Assembly (NCBI GenBank): GCA_949294785.1
Contig: CASFIQ010000016.1
Location: forward strand, 8,770 to 72,769
DNA from: an uncultured Collinsella sp.
GTDB taxonomy: Bacteria > Actinomycetota > Coriobacteriia > Coriobacteriales > Coriobacteriaceae
Length of the DNA: 64,000 nucleotides
Reading direction: 5' to 3'
The notes under the pieces are model-generated. The model saw only the letters and a list, made by a program, of their open reading frames with translations, was not told where the DNA came from and searched no databases. The position numbers and the translations under genes are program-made. Shown in pieces: positions 11,182 to 20,382 of this stretch. How positions within the stretch are numbered: position 1 is the first letter of the stretch; the number at the start of each line of letters is the position of its first letter.

Positions 11182-11210
11182 AAAAAAGCGGCGACCCAGG
11201 TGGCCGCCGC
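11182..11210 (-). terminator. Intrinsic terminator of tRNA-Arg
   Basis: Minus strand GCGGCGGCC-ACCTG-GGTCGCCGC-TTTTTT, 14 nt downstream of the tRNA CCA. Confidence 0.85.
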
Positions 11211-11223
11211 CCTGATGCTCGCG

Positions 11224-11300
11224 TGGTGTCCCGTGCAGGATTCGAACCTGTGACCTTCTGCTCCGGAGGCAGACGCTCTATCCAGCTGAGCTAACGGGAC
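11224..11300 (-). tRNA. tRNA-Arg (anticodon CCG)
   Basis: Cloverleaf GTCCCGT/ACGGGAC acceptor, GCTC/GAGC D stem, TCTGC-CT-CCG-GA-GCAGA anticodon arm, GGTTCGAATCC T loop, encoded CCA. Confidence 0.98.
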
Positions 11301-11314
11301 ATGGTGCAAGGGTC

Positions 11315-11342
11315 ATTATACTCGTATCGCTGGGCGCCGCAA
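11315..11342 (-). promoter_or_regulatory. Housekeeping-sigma promoter of tRNA-Arg
   Basis: TTGCGG-N16-TATAAT on minus strand, 14 nt upstream of the mature tRNA. Confidence 0.7.
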
Positions 11343-11354
11343 TGGATCTGTTGG

Positions 11355-11394
11355 CCGGCGGTCCCGCTGCCCGATACCGGCGGTCCCGCTGCCC
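11355..11394. repeat. Perfect 18-bp tandem direct repeat (22-bp period)
   Basis: CCGGCGGTCCCGCTGCCC at 11355-11372 and 11377-11394, separated by GATA. Confidence 0.9.
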
Positions 11395-11484
11395 TTGCTC
11401 TTTTGCTGAGGGTTGGCCCCGATGCTCGCCGACGGGGTTTTCTTGGGGCATACTTGAAAACGTTGTCGACACGATGGAGGCCTC

Positions 11485-14286
11485 ATGGACCAGCGATCCG
11501 ATGCGTCGGGTGATCCCCGAGGCGCGGGGGAGCCGCCGCTTTCCGGACTCACTTCCGCCGAGGTGGCGGAGCGCGTCGCCCAGGGCAAGGTCAACCTCAA
11601 CATGGAGCTCAAGACCAAGACGGTTCGCGAGCTCGTCCTCGAGAACCTGCTCACTCTGTTCAACCTGATCAACGTGGTGCTCGCCGTGCTCGTCGTCATC
11701 ACGGGCTCATTCAAGAACCTCACCTTCCTGCTTATCGTCTTGCTCAACACCCTGATCGGAGTCGTTCAGAGCCTGCGATCCAAGCGTCTGGTGGACAAGC
11801 TCACCCTCCTCGCCACCAAAAAGGCCACCTGCATCCGCGACGGCTCCGAAGTCGAGCTCGATCTGGACCAGATCGTCCTCGACGATGTGGTGAAGCTGGG
11901 GCGCGGGGATCAGATCCCGGCTGACGCCGTCGTGGTCTTAGGCAGCGCCCAGGTGAACGAGAGCCTGCTCACGGGCGAGAGCAACCTGATCAAAAAAGAC
12001 CCCGGATCGGAGCTCATGAGCGGAAGCTTCCTGGATTCCGGCCTGGTCTACGCGCGCGTGGTGCATGTGGGCGCCGACAACTACGTGGCGAAGATCAATA
12101 ACGAGGCCAAATATGTGAAGAAGGTCAACTCCGAGATCATGAACGCGCTGAACGCGATCGTGCGCTTCGCGAGCGTGATCATGCTCCCGTTGGGCATCGC
12201 GCTGTTCTGGTCGAGCATCCAGGAGCCGTACGGTGCGTGGGCGAGCCTGGCGGAGTCCTCTTCGGGCGCATCTGGCGGCATCATCAGCTGGATGTTCTCG
12301 GGGCCCGATGCCCGCGCCGCCGTCTCGGCGGCGATTCTTTCGACCGTGGGCGCGCTGCTGGGCATGATCCCGCAGGGCCTCGTGCTGCTCACCTCATCGG
12401 TCCTCGCGATCGCGACCGCGCGCCTGGCGCGCCGCCAGGTGCTTGCGCAACAGCTCTACTGCATCGAGACGCTCGCACGGGTTGACGTGCTCTGCCTTGA
12501 TAAGACGGGCACGATCACCTCGGGCCGCATGGAGGTCGAGGGCATCTACCCGGTCGGGATCGACCGAGGGCGGGGGAGCGCCGCTCCGGATGCGGATGAG
12601 CGGGTGGCACCGATCGACTTCGCGCTCGCCAACATCGCCCAGGCGACCGCCGCCGATGCCAACGAAACCTGCAAGGCGCTCATCGACTACTACGCCTCGC
12701 GCGACGTCCCCCGTGAGCAGCCGGTGCGCGTGGTGCCCTTCTCGTCCGCCAAGAAGTGGAGCGGCGCCTCGTTCGCGCATGCGAGTTATGTGATGGGTGC
12801 GGCGCAGTTCGTGCTCTCTCCCGATGCGTTCGCCGAGGTCGAGCAGGATGTCGCGCGCCTTGCCGATACCTGCCGCGTGCTCGTCGCGGCCCAGGTTGAC
12901 GGCTTCACGGACGATGGCGACATGGTGGGGGAGCCGCGCGTGCTCGGCTTCGTCACGATCCGCGATGAGATCCGCGCCTCCGCCGCCGAGACCATCGGGT
13001 ACTTCTGCGACCAGGGGGTCGAGCTCAACGTCATCTCCGGGGACGACCCGCGGACCGTATCCTCGATCGCGCGCGTGGTGGGCGTTCCGGGCGCCGATGC
13101 CTATGTGGACGCGACGACGCTGGATAGCCCCCAGAAGATCGATGCGGCCGTCGAGCGCTACCATGTTTTCGGCCGCGTCACCCCGCAGCAGAAGCGCGAG
13201 CTCGTGGTCGCGCTCAAGCGGCGCGGGCACACGGTCGCGATGACCGGCGACGGCGTGAACGATGTTCTCGCCCTCAAGGAGGCGGATTGCTCGGTCGCCA
13301 TGGCGGCGGGATCGGACGCCGCGCGCAACGTGGCGGAGATCGTGCTCGTCAACAACGACTTCGCCAGCATGCCGGCCGTCGTCGCCGAGGGGCGCCGCTC
13401 GATCAACAACCTCCAGCGGTCCGCCGCGCTCTTCCTCACTAAGACGCTCTTCTCCATGGGCCTCGCGGCGATCTGCATCGCCTTCCCGCCCTATCCCTTC
13501 CAACCGATCCAGATGACGCTCATCAACTTCTTCTGCATCGGCTATCCCGGCTTCGTGCTGGGTCTCGAGGCCAACCGGGCCCGCGTCGAGGGGTCGTTTC
13601 TCGCCAACGTCGTCAAGCGCGCGCTGCCGGCGTCGATCTCGGTCATCTGCGCGAGCTGCCTGTGCATGGCGGCGGCGGCTCTTATGGGATACGACCACGC
13701 GGTGCTCTCCACCATGTGCCTCGTGACGTCGAGCTCCGTGGGGATCTGCCTCATCTGGCGCATCTCGCAGCCGTTCACGCCCGTGCGCGCGGCGCTCCTC
13801 GCCTCGATCGTGGTCGGCCTCTGCGTGGGCATCATCGGGTTCCCCGACCTGTTCTCGATCGCCGCGATGCGGACCTCTATGGTCGTCTTCCTCATCTTGA
13901 TCGTGGCGGGTTGCTGTGCGCTCTTCTTTCGGCTCGCTGCCTGGATGGACTCCGCATCGGCTGCGGGCAGGCGCTCGGCCACCGGGTTCGGGCGCGGGGT
14001 GCGCGTTCGCCTTCGCCACGGCGCCTCGCGCGAGGTCACCTCGACCGGCTCCGCCCCGCGCCGCATGGTGATGCGCTTACGGTCGCGCTTCAACCGGTCC
14101 GCGGACACGCACCCCGCGCGTGCCGCAGAGTCCGAGGCCTCCGCCGCGCGCTCGGTCGGCGAGACCGAGCCTGCGCGCTCCGATGCCATCGCGCGCCCGC
14201 CGGCTGCACGCCGGCGCCGTGTTACCAAATCGGCAGACGGCATCAAGGTCACGATGCCGGGACGGAAAAAAGATAGGATGGGGTGA
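11485..14286 (+). CDS. Cation-transporting P-type ATPase (CtpE-like)
   Basis: TGES, DKTGT, SGD, MTGDGVND motifs, about 10 TM segments; TM4 motif reads PQGL. Confidence 0.93.
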   Translation: MDQRSDASGDPRGAGEPPLSGLTSAEVAERVAQGKVNLNMELKTKTVRELVLENLLTLFNLINVVLAVLVVITGSFKNLTFLLIVLLNTLIGVVQSLRSKRLVDKLTLLATKKATCIRDGSEVELDLDQIVLDDVVKLGRGDQIPADAVVVLGSAQVNESLLTGESNLIKKDPGSELMSGSFLDSGLVYARVVHVGADNYVAKINNEAKYVKKVNSEIMNALNAIVRFASVIMLPLGIALFWSSIQEPYGAWASLAESSSGASGGIISWMFSGPDARAAVSAAILSTVGALLGMIPQGLVLLTSSVLAIATARLARRQVLAQQLYCIETLARVDVLCLDKTGTITSGRMEVEGIYPVGIDRGRGSAAPDADERVAPIDFALANIAQATAADANETCKALIDYYASRDVPREQPVRVVPFSSAKKWSGASFAHASYVMGAAQFVLSPDAFAEVEQDVARLADTCRVLVAAQVDGFTDDGDMVGEPRVLGFVTIRDEIRASAAETIGYFCDQGVELNVISGDDPRTVSSIARVVGVPGADAYVDATTLDSPQKIDAAVERYHVFGRVTPQQKRELVVALKRRGHTVAMTGDGVNDVLALKEADCSVAMAAGSDAARNVAEIVLVNNDFASMPAVVAEGRRSINNLQRSAALFLTKTLFSMGLAAICIAFPPYPFQPIQMTLINFFCIGYPGFVLGLEANRARVEGSFLANVVKRALPASISVICASCLCMAAAALMGYDHAVLSTMCLVTSSSVGICLIWRISQPFTPVRAALLASIVVGLCVGIIGFPDLFSIAAMRTSMVVFLILIVAGCCALFFRLAAWMDSASAAGRRSATGFGRGVRVRLRHGASREVTSTGSAPRRMVMRLRSRFNRSADTHPARAAESEASAARSVGETEPARSDAIARPPAARRRRVTKSADGIKVTMPGRKKDRMG

Positions 14287-14345
14287 GCCGTCCGCACCTT
14301 GCGGCATCGGTTGCACCGAACGGTCGCCCGATCGAGGGGAGAACC

Positions 14346-17012
14346 ATGAACAGCTTGAACACCTCATCCGCGTATGTGGGTACGCTCGAGGCGGCGGGAT
14401 GCCGCTATCGCTACATCGACCTCTCCGCGTTCCCCGATGCCGCGCACCTTCCGGTGGCGCTGCGCGTGCTGCTGGAGAACGTCGTGCGCAACGCTCCGGA
14501 TGAGGAGGCGGCCGCCCGGGCGGCGGCGTCGGTGATCGACGCCGGGCTCGGCCGCGGCGCGGCGCGCGAGATCGGGTTCATGCCCGCGCGCGTGCTCTTC
14601 CAGGATTTCACCGGCGTTCCGGTCTTCTGCGATTTTGCCGCGATGCGCGACGGCGCCCTGGCGGCAGGTGCCGACCCCGCGCTCGTCAACCCCGAGATCC
14701 CCTGCGCGCTCATCATCGACCACTCGGTTTGCGCCGATGTCGTCTCGTGTCCGGCGGCGGCGAGCGAGAACGCGCGCATCGAGGCCGCTCGCAACGCCGA
14801 GCGTTTCGCCTTCCTGAAATGGAGCGCCGAGAGCTTCGATAACGTCGAGATCGTACCGCCCGGTCGGGGTATCTGCCACCAGCTGAACGTCGAATGCCTG
14901 TGCAAGATCGCCTGGACGGGCGAGGGCGCGGGGGAGCCCTGGGTCTACTTCGATTCGCTGGTGGGGACGGACTCGCATACCACCACCGCCAACGGGCTCG
15001 GTGTGCTCGGGTGGGGTGTCGGCGGCATCGAGGCCGAGGCCGCGGCGCTGGGACAGCCCATCTCGATGCTCGTTCCGCCCGTGGTGGGCGTTCGCCTCAC
15101 GGGCTCGCTCGCCGAGGGCGTGAGCGCGATGGACGCCGCCCTCGTCTTCGCCGAGCGGCTGCGGGCCGAGGGCGTCGTGGGCCAGATCGTCGAGTGCTTC
15201 GGTGCGGGGGCGGCCACGTTGACCGGCACGCAGCGCGCGACGATCGCGAACATGACGCCCGAATACGGCGCCACCGCGACCTTCTTCCCTCCCGACGAGC
15301 GCTCGCTTGAGCTGCTCGCGTCGTTCGGCCGGCCCGAGGGGGAGCGCGAGCTGGCGCGCGCCTATCTCGATGCCCAGGGGCTGCTTCGCGTGGATGGCGA
15401 GGCGCTCGCGTACAGCCGCATCGTCGAGATCGACCTTTCCGCGATCGAGCCCTCGCTTGCCGGGCCCTCGCGCCCGCATGATCGCGTGGGCGTCTCGGGC
15501 CTGAGGCGCCGTTTCCGCGATGCACTCGCCGCGCACGGGAGGGAGCCCGGCATCGCCGCCGCGTGCCGGCTTGGCGGCGAGACGGTCGAGCTCCGTCACG
15601 GTGCGATCGGCCTTGCGGCGATCACGAGCTGCACCACTGCGACCGATCCCGCCATGATGGTCGCGGCGGGCCTCGTCGCGCGGCGCGCGGTCGAGCTCGG
15701 ATGCCGGGTGCCGGTCTGGGTGAAGCGCGTCCTCGCCCCCGGCTCGCATGCCACCGCCGCGCTCCTCGCTGCCGGCGGGCTCGGCGACGCCCTCGACAAG
15801 CTCGGTTTCGCCGTCTGCGGATTCGGATGCATGAGCTGCATCGGCAACTCCGGGCCTCTCGACGCCGCGATCGAGGAGGTCTCCGATGAGGTCGAGCTCA
15901 CGAGCGTGCTGTCGGGCAACCGCAACTTCGAGGGGCGCATCAGCCCGTCCGTCGTCCAGAACTACCTGTGCGCGCCGGCGCTCGTCGTGTGCTACGCCCT
16001 CGCCGGCACCGTCGATATCGACCTCACCCGCGAGCCGGTATGCCAGGGGGCGAACGGCCCGGTGACGCTATCCGACCTCCTTCCCTCCGATGCCGAGGTG
16101 GCAGCCTATCTTGCGGAGCACCTCGATCCGGAGCTCTTCGTGCACGCCCGTGCGGACCTGTTCCATGGCGGGGAGGCGTGGGACCGGATCGCAAGCGCGC
16201 GCAGTGCCACGTACGCGTGGGATCCGACGAGCACCTATGTGCGCCGGCCGACGTTTCTGGAGGATGTGCCCGACAACGAGCGGCTTCGCATCGCCGGCGC
16301 GCGGGCGCTCGTGCACCTGGGTGATTTCGTCACCACCGACCACATCTCCCCGGCGGGGACGATCGCGCCGGACTCTCCCGCCGCGCGCTATCTGCGCGAG
16401 CACGGGGTCGCCGACGCCGACTTCAACTCATACGGCTCCCGGCGCGGCAACCATGAGGTCATGATGCGCGGGACGTTCGCGAACATCCGCCTGGAGAACG
16501 CGCTTGCCGGCGGCAAGCGGGGCGGTTGGACCCTCGATCCGGTCCAGGGCAGCATCACCTCGGTGTTCGATGCGGCCCAGTCGGCGCGTGCGGCGGGCAT
16601 CCCGCTCGTCGTCATCGCCGGGCGCATGTACGGCTCGGGATCCTCGCGCGACTGGGCCGCGAAGGGCCCCGCGCTTCTGGGCGTGCGCGCTGTTCTCGCC
16701 GAGAGCTTCGAGCGCATCCACCGGTCCAACCTCGTGGGTATGGGGATCTTGCCGCTCGAGTTCGAGGAGGGTGCGAACGCGGCCGGCTTGGGATTGGACG
16801 GAACGGAGTGGATCGATATCGACCTCGAGGCTTCGGCGTCAACGTTTCCGCGCCGTGCCCGGGTGACCGCGCGCCGCGACGGCGCCGAGCCTCTTGTTTT
16901 TCCCATGCGGGTTCGCGTCGACACGCCGGAAGAGGCCGCGTTCTTCCGCCGGGGTGGTATTCTGCCCTATGTGCTTGAGCGCCTTATCGCGCGCCCGAAG
17001 GACCAGGAGTAG
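14346..17012 (+). CDS. acnA: Aconitate hydratase A
   Basis: QDFTGVP, IDHS, DSHTT, Fe-S ligands ITSCT and GCMSCIGNSG, TTDHISPAG, RRGN, GSSRDWAAKG, ERIHRSNL; SD GAGGGGAG before ATG 14346. Confidence 0.95.
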   Translation: MNSLNTSSAYVGTLEAAGCRYRYIDLSAFPDAAHLPVALRVLLENVVRNAPDEEAAARAAASVIDAGLGRGAAREIGFMPARVLFQDFTGVPVFCDFAAMRDGALAAGADPALVNPEIPCALIIDHSVCADVVSCPAAASENARIEAARNAERFAFLKWSAESFDNVEIVPPGRGICHQLNVECLCKIAWTGEGAGEPWVYFDSLVGTDSHTTTANGLGVLGWGVGGIEAEAAALGQPISMLVPPVVGVRLTGSLAEGVSAMDAALVFAERLRAEGVVGQIVECFGAGAATLTGTQRATIANMTPEYGATATFFPPDERSLELLASFGRPEGERELARAYLDAQGLLRVDGEALAYSRIVEIDLSAIEPSLAGPSRPHDRVGVSGLRRRFRDALAAHGREPGIAAACRLGGETVELRHGAIGLAAITSCTTATDPAMMVAAGLVARRAVELGCRVPVWVKRVLAPGSHATAALLAAGGLGDALDKLGFAVCGFGCMSCIGNSGPLDAAIEEVSDEVELTSVLSGNRNFEGRISPSVVQNYLCAPALVVCYALAGTVDIDLTREPVCQGANGPVTLSDLLPSDAEVAAYLAEHLDPELFVHARADLFHGGEAWDRIASARSATYAWDPTSTYVRRPTFLEDVPDNERLRIAGARALVHLGDFVTTDHISPAGTIAPDSPAARYLREHGVADADFNSYGSRRGNHEVMMRGTFANIRLENALAGGKRGGWTLDPVQGSITSVFDAAQSARAAGIPLVVIAGRMYGSGSSRDWAAKGPALLGVRAVLAESFERIHRSNLVGMGILPLEFEEGANAAGLGLDGTEWIDIDLEASASTFPRRARVTARRDGAEPLVFPMRVRVDTPEEAAFFRRGGILPYVLERLIARPKDQE

Positions 17013-17024
17013 AAAGGCCAAGCC

Positions 17025-18188
17025 GTGATCTGTCCGCATTGCCTGAAGAAGATCGAGGACACATCGACCGTCTGCCCGCACTGCGGTGGATACGTTGACG
17101 CCGAGCCCGCGCGGCACGCCGACTTCGTGTACTGTGAGGGCTGCGGCGCCCGCCTCTCCTCCCATGACCGCACCTGCCCCAAATGCGGCAGGCCCGCCCC
17201 GGGGATCCTGTCGGTCGATGCGGCGGCGAGCGACCTCGCCGCCGGCAAGACGGCGAGTTTCCCCAAGCTGCAGGACGGTGCCGTCGATGCGCCCGTGCCC
17301 CCGCGCACCTCGGCGGCTCAGGTGCTGACCGAGAGCCTCGACGCGGACCACACCACCGAGCTCCGGATCGATCCCGGCGCCTTTGCTGACGGTCGCGCGA
17401 AATCCGCCTCGGCAAAGGCCGCGTCGGGTGCGGAGCGGGATGCGGCGGCAGACCCCTATCACGCAAATGGTTCGGGCAAGGGCAAGCTGGTGCTACGGTG
17501 CCTCGCCGCCGCGTTCATCGGCATCGGCATCTACTTCCTCGCCGCCGACCCCGCCGGGGTCATGCCCGGCGTCTATCAGTCGATCGACGACGCCGCGTCG
17601 GACATGTTCCCGTCGCGTCAGGGTGCCGCGGCGACCTCGCCCTCCGAGGAGGATGCCGACGATGCTGGGCAGGGGAGCGCGGACGATGCCGCCGAGGACG
17701 AGGGCCCGGCCCAGGTGGCTGATGACAGCGTTCTCGCCGATGACCGCGCGCAGGAGACCCTCGCGGCGCTCTGGGAGCAGATCGGTGCGTTTCAAGATCC
17801 CCTGGGCGATGTGGTGACGGTCTACAACGGCTCGTACCTGCTGAGGGACCGCTCGGCTCGCGAGGAGGCCTCCAAGAGCGCCTACGACCTGCGCGATCAG
17901 GTACAGGCCACCATCGACGAGCTCGACGCCATAGAACTCGCCCATGACTCGGTCTACGCCGAGGACCTCGACCATCTGAAGACCCTTGCCGGCTGGATGT
18001 ATAACCGCGTGGATGTGCTCTGCCGGTCATGGGACATCTCGCTCGCCGTGCCCGAGGGGGAGTCGATGTCCGCCCACGAGAGCGAGATCCTGCAGCCGCT
18101 GCGCGACGAGCTCGATGCGACCGGGCAGAACGAGAACCTTGTGCTGTTCGAGCAGAATTACAGCTCCTGGTACCCGGCGGCAAAGTAG
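17025..18188 (+). CDS. Double zinc-ribbon bitopic membrane protein, function unknown
   Basis: Four CxxC (CPHC, CPHC, CEGC, CPKC), one TM (LVLRCLAAAFIGIGIYFLAA), acidic C-terminal domain. Confidence 0.8.
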   Translation: MICPHCLKKIEDTSTVCPHCGGYVDAEPARHADFVYCEGCGARLSSHDRTCPKCGRPAPGILSVDAAASDLAAGKTASFPKLQDGAVDAPVPPRTSAAQVLTESLDADHTTELRIDPGAFADGRAKSASAKAASGAERDAAADPYHANGSGKGKLVLRCLAAAFIGIGIYFLAADPAGVMPGVYQSIDDAASDMFPSRQGAAATSPSEEDADDAGQGSADDAAEDEGPAQVADDSVLADDRAQETLAALWEQIGAFQDPLGDVVTVYNGSYLLRDRSAREEASKSAYDLRDQVQATIDELDAIELAHDSVYAEDLDHLKTLAGWMYNRVDVLCRSWDISLAVPEGESMSAHESEILQPLRDELDATGQNENLVLFEQNYSSWYPAAK

Positions 18189-18274
18189 CGGCTCCGCGTG
18201 CCGAATTCATGAATCGCCCGGTGTTGCTGCTAGAATGAATCCGATATGTCTCGATGCCCAAGGGAGGACTCGGC

Positions 18275-18829
18275 ATGTTCGGATTCGGAAGAGAGCTCTA
18301 CCAACCGGAGTTCCCGGTCACGGGCGATGAGGTCGCCGTCATGGAGACCTCGCGCGGCACCATCCGCGTGAAGCTCGACGGCCAGGGCGCTCCTATCCAC
18401 GTGGCGAACTTCTGCGAGCTCGCCACCATGGGTTTCTACGATGGGTTGAAGTTCCATCGCTATGTCCCCGGCTTCGTGATCCAGGGCGGGGACCCCAATA
18501 CGCGCGATATGGCACCCGAGGACGTCGCCGCCGGACGCCCCGGTCCCAAGGGCATGCCCGGAACGGGCGGTCCGGGTTACTGCATCAAGGCGGAGTTCGC
18601 GACCAATCCGCGCAACAGCCACGAGGACGGCGCGCTCGCCATGGCGCGCTCCCAGCACCCCGATTCCGCGGGCTCGCAGTTCTACTTCTGCTTGGGCGCC
18701 CAGCATGCGCTCGACAGCGGGTACACCGTCTTCGGGAGCACCATCGAGGGCAAGGACGTCATCTCCCAGCTGCGCGCCGGAGACGAGATCGTGCACGTCG
18801 AGATCGTGCACGCCGATGATAAGGAGTAA
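18275..18829 (+). CDS. Cyclophilin-type peptidyl-prolyl cis-trans isomerase
   Basis: FYDGLKFHRYVPGFVIQGGDP, AMARSQHPDSAGSQFYF, YTVFG; SD GGAGG. Confidence 0.95.
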   Translation: MFGFGRELYQPEFPVTGDEVAVMETSRGTIRVKLDGQGAPIHVANFCELATMGFYDGLKFHRYVPGFVIQGGDPNTRDMAPEDVAAGRPGPKGMPGTGGPGYCIKAEFATNPRNSHEDGALAMARSQHPDSAGSQFYFCLGAQHALDSGYTVFGSTIEGKDVISQLRAGDEIVHVEIVHADDKE

Positions 18830-18831
18830 CC

Positions 18832-20283
18832 GTGAACGCACAGTACCTCGAGCACGCACGCGCCGCCTACCGCGCGGGTGATTACTCCGCTGCCGTCCAG
18901 ATGTTCAACGCCGCCAAGGACCCGTCCGAGGTCTCGGGCGAGGTCGATCACCTGCGCGGCAACGCCCTCATGAAGCTCGGTCTCTATCGCGATGCCGCGG
19001 TGGCCTACGCTCAGGCGCTGAACGACGCCTCCTACGGGAAGCGCGGTGCGCTGCTCACCAACCAGGGCAAGGCCTACGCCGCCTCCGGCGATCTGGAGGA
19101 CGCCGTCCAGAGCTTCAGCGACGCGACCCGCGACGCCTCCTATGCCACGCCGTACAAGGCCTATCTCGGCCTCGGTCAGGCGCTGCTCGCCCGCGGCAGC
19201 TACGCCGAGGCGGGAACGGCGTTTCGCCAGGCGGCCATCGATACCGCGAACCCCGCTCCCTCGAGCGCGCTCGCGCAGCTCGGCGCGTGCTTCGTCAAGC
19301 TCGGCCGCCCCGGTGACGCGGTCGAGTCCTACCGCACCGCACTCGATTTCGCCACGCCCCGCGACGACACCCGTTCCATCAATGCCGGCCTCGGCCAGGC
19401 GCTCGCCGCGGCAGGGCGTCCCGCAGATGCCGTGGACGCCTTCATGACCGCCACCGCCGACGGCATCTACCAGCTCACCCCCGAGCAGGCGGACGATCTC
19501 GCGCGCGCTCAGGACCAGCTTGCTGCCGCTTCCGCCCAGAACGCCATGGCCGTCTCCTCGACCCAGGGCGTCCCCGGGGGCGTCGATCCGCTCGACCCGC
19601 TGGGTAAGTCCGGCGCCTTCATGCCCGATCCGTCCGACACGGGTTTCTTCACGCTTTCCGAGAGCGAGCTCGTGGAGCAGGATCGCAAAGACATGAAGGT
19701 CCGCCGCAAGCGCCGCCACACGGGCCTCAAGGTGTTCATCGTCTTGATCGTGCTTCTGCTTCTCGCCGCCGGCGGGCTCGTCTTCGCCTACACCCGCGGT
19801 CTGGGATTCCCTTCGCAGCAGGATGCCCTGAACGGTGTCTTCGCGGCGAACGGCGACGTCGATGCCGCAGCCGACTACCTCGATCCGAACCTCTCCGAGA
19901 GCGCCAAGTCGCTCGTGGTCTCCACGGTGCCCGACGGCGCCAGCGCGCAGATCGACAACATGGACCAGTCCATGACCGAGTCCGCGGCGCTCGTCACCGC
20001 GAGGCTCTCGTCGGGCGGCGAGGTCCGCTACGACGTGACGTTCGTGCGCAGCTCCAACCACATCGGTTGGGCGGTCTCCTCGATCGAGCTCCACAGCAAC
20101 GCCTCGGTTGCGGATGGTGACTCCGCGGGCGATTCGGCCCCGCTCGACGATGCCACGGTCGACGAGGGCGCCGCGGATTCGGACGCCGCGTCCGACGAGG
20201 GTGCCTCTGACGCGTCGGACGGTGCCTCTGCCGACGACGCCTCCGCTGCAGACGATGCTGCCGCCGAGTCCAACGCTGCCTAA
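18832..20283 (+). CDS. TPR-repeat bitopic membrane protein with acidic extracellular tail
   Basis: Multiple TPR-like helices, basic KVRRKRRH patch, TM segment, D/A/S-rich C-terminus. Confidence 0.8.
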   Translation: MNAQYLEHARAAYRAGDYSAAVQMFNAAKDPSEVSGEVDHLRGNALMKLGLYRDAAVAYAQALNDASYGKRGALLTNQGKAYAASGDLEDAVQSFSDATRDASYATPYKAYLGLGQALLARGSYAEAGTAFRQAAIDTANPAPSSALAQLGACFVKLGRPGDAVESYRTALDFATPRDDTRSINAGLGQALAAAGRPADAVDAFMTATADGIYQLTPEQADDLARAQDQLAAASAQNAMAVSSTQGVPGGVDPLDPLGKSGAFMPDPSDTGFFTLSESELVEQDRKDMKVRRKRRHTGLKVFIVLIVLLLLAAGGLVFAYTRGLGFPSQQDALNGVFAANGDVDAAADYLDPNLSESAKSLVVSTVPDGASAQIDNMDQSMTESAALVTARLSSGGEVRYDVTFVRSSNHIGWAVSSIELHSNASVADGDSAGDSAPLDDATVDEGAADSDAASDEGASDASDGASADDASAADDAAAESNAA

Positions 20284-20382
20284 CGCTTATGTAATTTGCT
20301 CCATGGCGCCCCGTGCCGCTCGCGGTCGGGGCGCGGTGCCCTACACTTAAGGGCGCACGAAGCGCGTTTTCGTAGGAGTCGC

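Noticed and set aside
10869-11309. 146-aa ORF with a Phe-rich stretch as an attenuator peptide for the aro operon
   Set aside because: It runs through the tRNA gene; the FFF codons are simply the U tract of the tRNA terminator
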